From contig DATIKW010000003.1 in NCBI GenBank assembly GCA_035477115.1, forward strand, positions 118 through 64,117: a DNA stretch of 64,000 nt, read 5' to 3'. The stretch is from Bacillota bacterium. GTDB lineage: Bacteria; Bacillota; Sulfobacillia; UBA995. Under the pieces are notes generated by a model, which did no database searches, was not told where the DNA came from, and saw only the letters and a program-made list of their open reading frames with translations. Positions 18,020-26,218 of the stretch are shown here, in pieces. The stretch's first letter is position 1, and each line of letters starts with the position of its first letter. Both the position numbers and the translations under genes were made by a program.

Positions 18020-19321
18020 GTGGCCTTGTGGTCCGAGTCCGTGCCTGGTCCGGCCACCGGTTCCCACCGCGGGAGCGGAGCGTGGCCGGGGGTAACCGTC
18101 GCGGAGTGGGATGATTGGCGCTGGCAGGTGAGCAATCGAATCTCCTCGATCGAGCAATTGGCCAAAGTCGTGCACCTGTCACCGGCCGCCCTCCTCGATG
18201 TCGAGGAGTGTCTGAAGACCTTCCGGATGGCCATTACCCCCTACTACGCCAGCCTGATCGATCCCCAGGACCCTGGTTGCCCTATCCGGCAGCAGGCGAT
18301 CCCCACGCGTGCGGAAGTGAGCCAGGGACAGGATGACGCGCTCGACCCGCTTTTCGAGGACACCGACTCGCCGGTACCCGGACTGACTCACCGCTATCCG
18401 GACCGGGTCCTTTTCATCGTGACCGATCAGTGCTCGATGTATTGCCGGCACTGCACCCGGCGCCGCATGGCGGGCCAGACTGACCATGCCCCCACCCGCG
18501 CTGAACTTGAGGCTCGGCTAGATTATGTCCGGCGGACTCCCTGCATCCGGGACGTCGTACTATCCGGCGGGGATGCCCTGCTCGTCTCCGACGCGCTCCT
18601 CGACCATCTGCTCGGCGAACTCCGCTCGATCCCTCACGTGGAGATCGTCCGTCTGGCAACCCGTACGCCGGTGGTGCTCCCGCAGCGCATCACCCCCGAA
18701 TTCTGCCGCATGGTCAGGAAACATCATCCCGTCTATGTCAATACTCACTTCAACCACCCGAGCGAACTGACGCGAGAAGCGGTCGGTGCGTGCGAGCGAC
18801 TGGCCGACGCCGGGGTCCCCCTGGGCAATCAGACCGTACTGCTGCGGGGGGTCAACGATTGTCCCCACGTTATGCGACGGCTCATGCACGGACTGCTGAA
18901 GGCAAGGGTCCGGCCGTATTACCTGTACCAGTGCGATCTGTCCCGCGGTATCCAGCACTTCCGCACGCCCACTTCCCGGGGAATCGAGATCATCGAACAC
19001 CTGCGGGGTCATACCTCGGGTTTGGCCGTACCCGCCTACTGCATTGACGGGCCGGGGGGTGCGGGCAAGATACCGCTCGGACCCGAGTATGTGCTGTCGC
19101 GATCGCCGGAATATCTCGTGCTCAGAAACTACGAAGGGGCGATAACCGCTTACCGCGAGCCGCCGTCCGGCGCTTCGGTGGGAGACAGGTGTGATACTTG
19201 CGGCCAGCCCCATGACCGGCAGCCCAGCCTCGGCGTGGCGGCCGTGCTCGACGGGCAACGGACGTCTCTGGAGCCGGCGGAGATGGAACGGAAGTTGCGA
19301 CGGCGCCGGCGCCCGGAGTGA
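18020..19321 (+). CDS. kamA: Lysine 2,3-aminomutase (KamA family radical SAM / PLP enzyme)
   Basis: WDDWRWQVSNRI, LTHRYPDRVLF, radical-SAM CSMYCRHCTRRR, and GNQTVLLRGVND. The start is GTG 18020 or TTG 18026, after AGGAGG (18011-16). The track ORF from 17801 overlaps the activator. Confidence 0.85.
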   Translation: MALWSESVPGPATGSHRGSGAWPGVTVAEWDDWRWQVSNRISSIEQLAKVVHLSPAALLDVEECLKTFRMAITPYYASLIDPQDPGCPIRQQAIPTRAEVSQGQDDALDPLFEDTDSPVPGLTHRYPDRVLFIVTDQCSMYCRHCTRRRMAGQTDHAPTRAELEARLDYVRRTPCIRDVVLSGGDALLVSDALLDHLLGELRSIPHVEIVRLATRTPVVLPQRITPEFCRMVRKHHPVYVNTHFNHPSELTREAVGACERLADAGVPLGNQTVLLRGVNDCPHVMRRLMHGLLKARVRPYYLYQCDLSRGIQHFRTPTSRGIEIIEHLRGHTSGLAVPAYCIDGPGGAGKIPLGPEYVLSRSPEYLVLRNYEGAITAYREPPSGASVGDRCDTCGQPHDRQPSLGVAAVLDGQRTSLEPAEMERKLRRRRRPE

Positions 19322-19340
19322 ACTCCGCGGGGGCGGTGGA

Positions 19341-20438
19341 TTGTCCGAACTCAGGATCCTGCACGTCGATCTGGACGCTTTCTTCGCCTCGGTCGAGCAG
19401 CGGGACCGGCCGGAGCTTCGCGGTCGGCCTGTAGTAGTGGGCGGCGACCTCACTTCCCGGCGGGGGGTCGTGGCCGCTGCTTCGTACGAGGCGCGCCGCC
19501 ATGGGATCTACTCGGCGATGCCGCTGGCCAGGGCCCGGCGCCTTTGTCCCGCCGCCGTCTTCTTGCCGGTCGATTTTCCCCGCTACCGCGAGGCTTCCCG
19601 GCGGTTCCTGGAGATCCTCCGCCGAGAGACGCAGGTGGTAGAGACGGTGTCATTGGACGAGGCGTTTCTCGACCTGGGGGCGCAAGTCACCGACCCGCCG
19701 GCAGTGGCCCGACGGATCAAGCGATCTATCGCGCAGGAACTCTCGTTGACGGCCTCGGTAGGAGTGGCGGCCAACAAACTCCTCGCCAAACTGGCTTCGG
19801 AACATGACAAACCCGATGGTCTGACCATTGTTCCCTTGGAGCAGGCAAGGGATTTCCTCGATCCCCAGCCGATCCGGCACTTGTGGGGAATCGGCCCAGC
19901 TGCCGAGGCTTACCTGAAGGACCGAGGGATCTTCCGTATCGGCGATCTGGCCCGGATCGATCCAGCAGTGCTCCGGCCCGGGCTGGGGAGCCGGGCCGAG
20001 GAGCTGGTACGTCTCGCCCGGGGCATTGATGACCGGCGCGTCATACCGTTTCAACCCGCGCGATCGCTTAGCGAGGAGACCACTTTCGCCGCCGACCTGC
20101 ACGACAGAGGGCGGATGATCGACTGCGTGCACGCGTTTGCCGCCCAGCTGGAGCACCGGTTGGTTGCTGCCGGCCTCAAGGCCCGCACCGTGACCGTCAA
20201 GGTGCGCTTCGCCGACTTCCGGACCGTGACCCGCAGCTTCACCCGAGACCCCGCCATCGCCTCCGCCCGTCAACTCGCACTCCGGGGAGAGCAGTTGCTG
20301 CTCGCCGCCGTCGCCGCCGATGGGCGTCCGGTTCGCCTGATCGGTCTCGGCGTGTCGGGGCTGGTCTCGGGCGATCACCCCGAGCAACTCGTCTTCGCGT
20401 TCGGGGCAGGGGCGGGTGGCGATCCATTCGGGTCGTGA
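19341..20438 (+). CDS. dinB: DNA polymerase IV (Y-family)
   Basis: LRILHVDLDAFFASVEQRDRPELRGRPVVVGG and a collinear Y-family body. TTG 19341 is the first in-frame start after the kamA stop. Confidence 0.9.
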   Translation: MSELRILHVDLDAFFASVEQRDRPELRGRPVVVGGDLTSRRGVVAAASYEARRHGIYSAMPLARARRLCPAAVFLPVDFPRYREASRRFLEILRRETQVVETVSLDEAFLDLGAQVTDPPAVARRIKRSIAQELSLTASVGVAANKLLAKLASEHDKPDGLTIVPLEQARDFLDPQPIRHLWGIGPAAEAYLKDRGIFRIGDLARIDPAVLRPGLGSRAEELVRLARGIDDRRVIPFQPARSLSEETTFAADLHDRGRMIDCVHAFAAQLEHRLVAAGLKARTVTVKVRFADFRTVTRSFTRDPAIASARQLALRGEQLLLAAVAADGRPVRLIGLGVSGLVSGDHPEQLVFAFGAGAGGDPFGS

Positions 20439-20448
20439 TCCATTTGTA

Positions 20449-20478
20449 GGTAGGGGCGGGTTCGGAACCCGCCCCTAC
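20449..20478. repeat. 30-nt GC-rich palindromic element, copy 2 (REP-like hairpin)
   Basis: Identical 30-mer to 16312-16341. It begins 11 nt after the dinB stop codon. Confidence 0.8.
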
Positions 20479-20604
20479 AGTTGCCGGGGCCGTGACCGCA
20501 TTTTCGGGGTAGCCAGGGAGGAACAGTTCCCCCGCGGAAGTAATATTAGATTCATCGCCGTAGGCAGTGATGGAGAAACGGCAAGAGAAGGTGGAGCGCC
20601 CATA

Positions 20605-21153
20605 ATGATCGGCGAGACGATTCGGCGCCTTCGCCGGAGCAAGAAGCTCACCTTGCAGAAGGTCGGCGCCGCTACGGGCTTGAGCCCAGGGTTCCTCAGT
20701 CAGGTCGAGCATGGCCAGGCGGCGCCTTCCCTGGCATCGCTCCGCAAGATCGCCGAGGCGTTGAATACATCGTTGTTCCGGCTGCTCGCTTCCGAGGTGC
20801 AGACATCATCCCTCGTGCGCCGCGACCAGCGGAAGAGCTGTAACTGGCCGGGCCGGAATGTGGTGTTCGAGTTGCTCACGCCGGATGTGTACGAAAGCCG
20901 GTTCGAGGTGGTCATGACCTGCCTGCGGGCCGGTCAGACGACATGCGATGAGCCGCTATGCCACGGGCGATCCGACGACCAGGAGTTCGCCGTGGTCCTG
21001 AGCGGGAGGGTCGAACTGACGATCGGCGAGGACCTGCACGTCCTGGACGAGGGCGACAGCGTCCTGTTCAGTTCAGCATTGCCGCATCGGTACCGCGGGC
21101 TGGGTGACAGCGCGGCCCGGATCCTCAGCATAATCCACCCGCCCTCGTTTTGA
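20605..21153 (+). CDS. XRE-family HTH regulator with C-terminal cupin domain
   Basis: IGETIRRLRRSKKLTLQKVGAATGLSPGFLSQVEHGQAAPSLASLRKIAEAL is the HTH_3 domain. The C-terminal cupin reads EFAVVLSGRVELTIGEDLHVLDEGDSVLF. ATG 20605 follows GAAGGTGGAG. Confidence 0.85.
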   Translation: MIGETIRRLRRSKKLTLQKVGAATGLSPGFLSQVEHGQAAPSLASLRKIAEALNTSLFRLLASEVQTSSLVRRDQRKSCNWPGRNVVFELLTPDVYESRFEVVMTCLRAGQTTCDEPLCHGRSDDQEFAVVLSGRVELTIGEDLHVLDEGDSVLFSSALPHRYRGLGDSAARILSIIHPPSF

Positions 21154-21211
21154 GCGAGCGGTAGGCAATCATCGATGAGCGGAGAAACATGCAGTTGCGA
21201 GGTGATGTCGA

Positions 21212-22213
21212 GTGACTGTCCATCAACGGTTCGGACGACGCCTCGCCGACCTCGAAGCCGGCGAGCGGGTCGACCTGAAAGCGGTGGTCGCGCGCAAGAG
21301 TCTCCAGCCGTTTCGAGACCCGGGTAAGGGCAGCTATCTTAGCCTGTGGGTGACGGATGCCAGCGGAGGCATGGCGGCCCGGTTGTGGGACGGCGCCAGA
21401 GAAGCGGCATCGCGATTGCAGGTGGACCGGCCGGTCCGGCTGCTGGGGACCGTAGACAACTTTCGCGACAGCCTCCAGTTGAACGTGGAACGAGTCGAGC
21501 CCCTTGCCGATGCCGACGTCCGACCGGAGGACTTCCTGCCCGTCGGCCCTCGTGAGCCCCTCGAGGTGGAGGCGGAGTTGGAGGAGCGACTCGGTCGAGT
21601 GAGCGATGCGCGGCTCGCGTCCCTCCTGGCCGGTATCTTCGGCGATGGGAACTTACGGCGCTCCTTCCTGCGGGCACCCGCCGGCAAGAGCATTCATCAC
21701 GCTTACCTCGGCGGGCTGGCCGACCATACTCTGGAAGTCGTCAGCCTGGCCTTGGCCGCCGGGGCCTACTACTCTCCCGTGGATAGCGACCTCCTGTGCT
21801 GCGGTGCGTTGCTGCATGATGTCGGCAAGCTCGAGGAGTATCGGTGGGACTGGACGATCGACTACACCGATCGGGGGCGGCTCATCGGCCACCCGGTGCT
21901 CGGCTATCAACTTGTAGCCCGGCGGATCGCGGGCATCGACGCTTTCCCGCGGGAACTCGAATGGCGCCTGCTCCACCTGATCCTCAGCCATCATGGCGAA
22001 CTCGCCTGGGGGGCGCCGGTGCTGCCCCAGACGCTGGAGGCGGCAGTGTTGGCCCACGCCGACCTCCTCTCCGGTCGTGCCCAGCAGTTCGAACAGGTTC
22101 TCCGGAGTCCGCGACCGTCCGGTCAGGTGTGGACCGCGTACGATCGTGTGCTGGGCAGATACCTGTACGCGGGAGAAGCTGATGAGCCGCTAGAGGCGGT
22201 GACCCGACCATGA
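21212..22213 (+). CDS. yhaM: 3'-5' exoribonuclease YhaM-like (OB-fold + HD domain)
   Basis: Collinear with B. subtilis YhaM as I remember it: ARLWDG (OB), IHHAYLGGLADHTLEV, LLHDVGKLEE, LIGHPVL, and LILSHHGELAWGAPVLPQTLEA. Confidence 0.8.
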   Translation: MTVHQRFGRRLADLEAGERVDLKAVVARKSLQPFRDPGKGSYLSLWVTDASGGMAARLWDGAREAASRLQVDRPVRLLGTVDNFRDSLQLNVERVEPLADADVRPEDFLPVGPREPLEVEAELEERLGRVSDARLASLLAGIFGDGNLRRSFLRAPAGKSIHHAYLGGLADHTLEVVSLALAAGAYYSPVDSDLLCCGALLHDVGKLEEYRWDWTIDYTDRGRLIGHPVLGYQLVARRIAGIDAFPRELEWRLLHLILSHHGELAWGAPVLPQTLEAAVLAHADLLSGRAQQFEQVLRSPRPSGQVWTAYDRVLGRYLYAGEADEPLEAVTRP

Positions 22214-22533
22214 CCGTCGACCGCGAGTCGGAGCGTGACGCCGCCCCGGGACAGGAGGGACGGCATGCCGCCTGGGAGGCGCTGGACGGGAATAGCGGTC
22301 GTCTGTTGCGCGGGCGGGCGGGTCGCCGCCGCCGACCGACGATGGCAGCGAAGGATGAAGATGAGCCTCGGGTTGGCATGCGCGATGAGGGCGGCGAGCG
22401 CGTGCAACTCGACAGCCTGGACATCCTGGCGTTCATCATCGCGTTCTTCCAGCTGCTCTTGCCGCCAGCGTTGATCATGGTGGGCGTATTGGTCCTACTA
22501 TACTTGCTGCTGCGGCTGTGGGCCGGGATATAG
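22210..22533 (+). CDS. Small hypothetical protein with charged N-terminus and C-terminal transmembrane segment
   Basis: 107-aa ORF whose ATG overlaps the yhaM stop (ATGA). C-terminal LDILAFIIAFFQLLLPPALIMVGVLVLLYLLLRLW. An internal ATG near 22342 is possible. Confidence 0.4.
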   Translation: MTVDRESERDAAPGQEGRHAAWEALDGNSGRLLRGRAGRRRRPTMAAKDEDEPRVGMRDEGGERVQLDSLDILAFIIAFFQLLLPPALIMVGVLVLLYLLLRLWAGI

Positions 22534-22555
22534 CGCCGTGGGGGGTGAGAGCCAC

Positions 22556-23611
22556 ATGAAAGCCTGGAATGAAGCGGCCGAGCTGTTGGCCGCCCGGCCT
22601 GGTCTGGCAATGTTGCTCGGAGCGTCGGACACCGGCAAGTCGTCGTTGGCCGCCCTGTTTGCCAACCACTTGGTGGGAGCGGGGATCAAGGTTGCCGTGG
22701 TGGACGCTGATATCGGCCAATCGGACATCGGTCCGCCTGGCGTGGTAGGCATGGGATTGCTCGCTGCGCCCATCCGGCGGCTGGCCGACATACCTCTGCG
22801 GGACGCTTACTTTGTGGGCTCGAACTCCCCCGAAGGGCATAGCCTTTCCCTGCTGGTAGGGTGCGCGGAGATGGTGGTCCGAGCCCGGAGCCTTGGAGCC
22901 GAGGCGGTCATCCTCGATACCACGGGACTGGTTCACGGGCGAGGGGCACGGGTGCTCAGCCACTTCAGCCGGGACTTGCTCCGACCGAACTTCGTGGTGG
23001 GGCTCGAGCGAGAGGGCGAACTCGAGCACTTGTTACGTCCGATGGCGGGCCTTCCGGGATTGGATGTAATCCGGCTGAAAGCCTCTCCCCGGGCCCAGCT
23101 GCGGTCCCGGCAGCAACGGAAGTCCGCCAGGGAGAGGGCATTCCGAAGTCACCTGGCCGGAGCGCGCACCGTCGAACTCCCACTGGACCGGGTCAGTGTA
23201 CTGCGGACTATTTATGGCACGGGGCGACGCCTTGACGCCGGCGAGTACCCTGGTTTGAGCGAGCGACTGGGGTGCCCGGTACTGCATGCCGAGTGGATTC
23301 CTGAAGGGCTCTACCTCGTGGTTGACGGTTCTTTCGAGCAAGGCCGGATGGACCGACTCAAAGAACAGGAAGGCGTAGAGCAGATCCTCACCAGCCGGAC
23401 CGATCGCCTCCGGGACCTCCTGGTGGGGCTGGCCGGCGCCGAACAAGACTGGCTGGGGATTGGCATCTTGCTCGGAATCGACTTCAGCAGCCGCACCGCC
23501 CAGATTCACACCGCGGCCGACGAAGCGCGGATCAGGTCAATCCACGTGGGCATCCTGCGGGTGTCCACTTCCGGCGAAGAGATGGGGAGGATCTTCCCCA
23601 ACGACGTCTGA
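22556..23611 (+). CDS. Clp1/Grc3/Nol9-type P-loop protein (putative polynucleotide 5'-hydroxyl kinase)
   Basis: P-loop LLGASDTGKSS, VVDADIGQSDIGPPG (DxDxGQ), and ILDTTGLVHG (NTxGW-like). ATG 22556 is preceded by GGGGGGTGAG. The track start is GTG 22538. Confidence 0.75.
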   Translation: MKAWNEAAELLAARPGLAMLLGASDTGKSSLAALFANHLVGAGIKVAVVDADIGQSDIGPPGVVGMGLLAAPIRRLADIPLRDAYFVGSNSPEGHSLSLLVGCAEMVVRARSLGAEAVILDTTGLVHGRGARVLSHFSRDLLRPNFVVGLEREGELEHLLRPMAGLPGLDVIRLKASPRAQLRSRQQRKSARERAFRSHLAGARTVELPLDRVSVLRTIYGTGRRLDAGEYPGLSERLGCPVLHAEWIPEGLYLVVDGSFEQGRMDRLKEQEGVEQILTSRTDRLRDLLVGLAGAEQDWLGIGILLGIDFSSRTAQIHTAADEARIRSIHVGILRVSTSGEEMGRIFPNDV

Positions 23612-23626
23612 ACCGGGAGTTGAGCG

Positions 23627-24400
23627 GTGGACGACGGGAGAGCCCAGGTGGAACTGGCTGCCCGGATGATCGCCGGCAGCACCCATTGCGTTGCCCTGAC
23701 CGGCGCAGGCGTCTCCACCGAGAGCGGCCTGCCCGACTTCCGGAGCCCCGGCACCGGTCTGTGGGAGGGCATCGATCCGGCGATCGAGCTGTCGGCGACA
23801 GCCCTGCGCCGCGATCCGGAACGTTTCTACCACTTCTTCCTCGGCATGCGTCGCATGGCCGGCGCACTGCCCAATCGGGCTCACGAAGTCCTCGCCCTGC
23901 TGGAGCACGAGGGTTTGCTACACTCGGTCATCACCCAGAACATCGACGGCCTTCATCGCCGGGCGGGCTCCCGCCTCGTCCTGGAAGTTCATGGGAACCT
24001 CGAGAGCGGCACCTGCCTGGACTGCCGGCGCTCGCTGCCCATGCCCGAGTTGCTGGAACAGGTGGATGATGGCGTGATCCCTCCGCGTTGCCGGCAATGC
24101 GGCGAGGTGGTGCGGCCGGACGTCGTGTTGTTCGGCGACCAACTCCCCGAGTGCTTCGCGGAGGCCCGGGCCCAGAGCGCGCGGGCGGACGTGATGCTGG
24201 TCGTCGGCACCAGCCTCACCGTCTGGCCGGTAGCCGGGCTGCCGGCGCTCGCCCGCTCCCTGATCATCGTGAACCTGGAAGACACGCCGTACGACCACCA
24301 GGCGGCGGTGCGGATCAGGGACCGCGCCGGCGTCGCGCTTGCGGCCATCTGGGACTGCCTTTTCGGCTCGCGGCCTACGGGACAAACGGGAGGGGTGTAG
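23627..24400 (+). CDS. cobB: NAD-dependent protein deacylase (sirtuin, CobB type)
   Basis: GAGVSTESGLPDFRS, TQNIDGLH, EVHGN catalytic His, and Zn ribbon CLDC...CRQC. Confidence 0.9.
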   Translation: MDDGRAQVELAARMIAGSTHCVALTGAGVSTESGLPDFRSPGTGLWEGIDPAIELSATALRRDPERFYHFFLGMRRMAGALPNRAHEVLALLEHEGLLHSVITQNIDGLHRRAGSRLVLEVHGNLESGTCLDCRRSLPMPELLEQVDDGVIPPRCRQCGEVVRPDVVLFGDQLPECFAEARAQSARADVMLVVGTSLTVWPVAGLPALARSLIIVNLEDTPYDHQAAVRIRDRAGVALAAIWDCLFGSRPTGQTGGV

Positions 24401-24403
24401 TCA

Positions 24404-26038
24404 TTGGCGATCACCTGGGAGGCCGCACCCCTTCCCGGGCCGCGCGATCTGCAAGCGACTTACCTGGAGGACCCGACGTCCTTGGCCGCCCGCTTCCCCG
24501 GCCATCCCCGGGAACCCGGCTGGCGCGAGCGCCGCCTCGCCTGTCTGAGTCGCCGCGACTTCGATCGCCCCGCCCTCGCCGCCGCCGTCGCCGAATATAA
24601 CGCCGGCATAAGTGCGGGTTCCGCCGCCATCGCCAATGCGGGAATGCTGGCAGACGGACGGGGCGTCCTCGTCATCGGCGGCCAGCAAGCGGGGGTACTG
24701 ACCGGGCCCCACTACACCATCGGCAAGATCGTCACCATCCTGCGGCTGGCGCGCAGGGCCGGGGAGGACCCGCGCTTCAATGCCATCCCTTGCTTCTGGG
24801 TCGCCGCCGAAGATCATGACCTGACGGAAGTGGACCACGTTTGGCTGGTCGACCGCGAGGGTGCGCTCGCTCGGCTGCAACTCGAGCTGCCGGACTCGGT
24901 TCGCGGGCGGCCGGTGAGCGCCATTCCCCTCGGAGATTCCGCCTTCCGGCTGCTGGCGGATGTGGGCGGCGCGTTGCCGCCCTCGGAACACCGGACTTGG
25001 TTGATGGGATTGCTGGAAGAGACGGCCGCAGCGTCCCGCGACCTGGCCGACTGGCATGCCCGCATCTTGGCCCGGCTCTTCGACAGGTGGGGACTGGTCC
25101 TGGTGAACCCCACCGATCCCGCCTTTGCTCGTTTGGCGTCACCGGCTTTCGGCCGATTCCTGGAACGATCCGAGGACCTCGCCGGGGCGGTAGAGCAGGG
25201 TACACGGGCCGTTCGGGCCCTGGGGTTCACGCCTCAGTTCGAGCCGGAACCGGGCCATGCCCACGTATTCCTCACCGATGCCCAGGGCCGTCGCGTACCG
25301 CTGTTTCGAGTGTCCGGCGGCTTCCAGGCCGGACGGGGAGGGGGGCAATATCTCGATCGCGAAACGGCCATCCGCTTGTGCTCCGCGGAACCCGGTCGCC
25401 TGACGTCCAGCGTCGTCACCCGTCCCCTGGTACAAGAAGCGGTCCTGCCCGTCCTGATCCAGGTAGTCGGGCCGGGAGAGACGGGCTACCATGCGCAACT
25501 GACGGAAGCCTACGAGTGTTTCGGGAGCGAGATGCCGCCCCTCGAGCACCGCCGCGGTTTCACGTTTGTGGATGGCCCGATCCGGCGCTGGCTGAAGCGA
25601 TATGAGGTTGACTTCGCTCAAGGTCCCGCCGGCATACAGTCGCGGCTTGATGCCATCCTCCGCGACCGGGAGGACCCGGGGCTCGCGTCCGCCCTGACGG
25701 GGGCCCGGTCGTCCCTGGACTCACACCATCGCGACCTTGCGGCGGCCGCCGCCCGCCTCGACCCCGGCCTCAAGGGACTGGTCCGCGACAGTCACCGGCG
25801 GATGCTCCGGGAACTCGACCACATCGAGCAGCGGGCTGCCAAGGCCAACCGGGAGCGGCAGGCCACGCTGATCCGCCATTTCCGACGGGTCGAGGACCAC
25901 CTCTTCCCCAGGGGCCGGCCGCAGGAACGGGTCCTGACCGTGGTCTCCTGGCTGTCCCGCTACGGGCCCGCCTTCCTGGAGTGGCTGGTGGAGGCGCCGC
26001 CCAGCGCCGACCACCGGCACAGCCTGCTGCTGCTCTGA
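24404..26038 (+). CDS. bshC: Bacillithiol biosynthesis cysteine-adding enzyme BshC
   Basis: 544 aa. GGQQAGVLTGPHYTIGKIVTILRLA and FWVAAEDHDLTEVDHV match the BshC (YllA) N-terminal signatures. Confidence 0.85.
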   Translation: MAITWEAAPLPGPRDLQATYLEDPTSLAARFPGHPREPGWRERRLACLSRRDFDRPALAAAVAEYNAGISAGSAAIANAGMLADGRGVLVIGGQQAGVLTGPHYTIGKIVTILRLARRAGEDPRFNAIPCFWVAAEDHDLTEVDHVWLVDREGALARLQLELPDSVRGRPVSAIPLGDSAFRLLADVGGALPPSEHRTWLMGLLEETAAASRDLADWHARILARLFDRWGLVLVNPTDPAFARLASPAFGRFLERSEDLAGAVEQGTRAVRALGFTPQFEPEPGHAHVFLTDAQGRRVPLFRVSGGFQAGRGGGQYLDRETAIRLCSAEPGRLTSSVVTRPLVQEAVLPVLIQVVGPGETGYHAQLTEAYECFGSEMPPLEHRRGFTFVDGPIRRWLKRYEVDFAQGPAGIQSRLDAILRDREDPGLASALTGARSSLDSHHRDLAAAAARLDPGLKGLVRDSHRRMLRELDHIEQRAAKANRERQATLIRHFRRVEDHLFPRGRPQERVLTVVSWLSRYGPAFLEWLVEAPPSADHRHSLLLL

Positions 26039-26218
26039 GCGGCCGGCGGGCCGCGGCGTGGCGGGTCGCCCGCGTAGGGGCGGTCTGGCGTGTCGGCGTC
26101 CCGGGGCGCCACCAGGGCATGGTGGTGGCCACAGGAGGAGTTCCCGGGTTTCGACAAGAAGCAAACCTGGGCAACGCCGTCCCTACAGACCAAAGACGGA
26201 GAGGGAGGGGTCCTGAGC

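Noticed and set aside
23627-24400. SIR2-domain protein as a possible NAD-depleting defence effector (Thoeris/DSR-like)
   Set aside because: It is a compact 257-aa sirtuin with all canonical deacylase features: GAGxSxxSGxPDFRS, QNIDxLH, catalytic HG and a Cys4 zinc ribbon. It has no extra sensor domain, so it is called housekeeping CobB.
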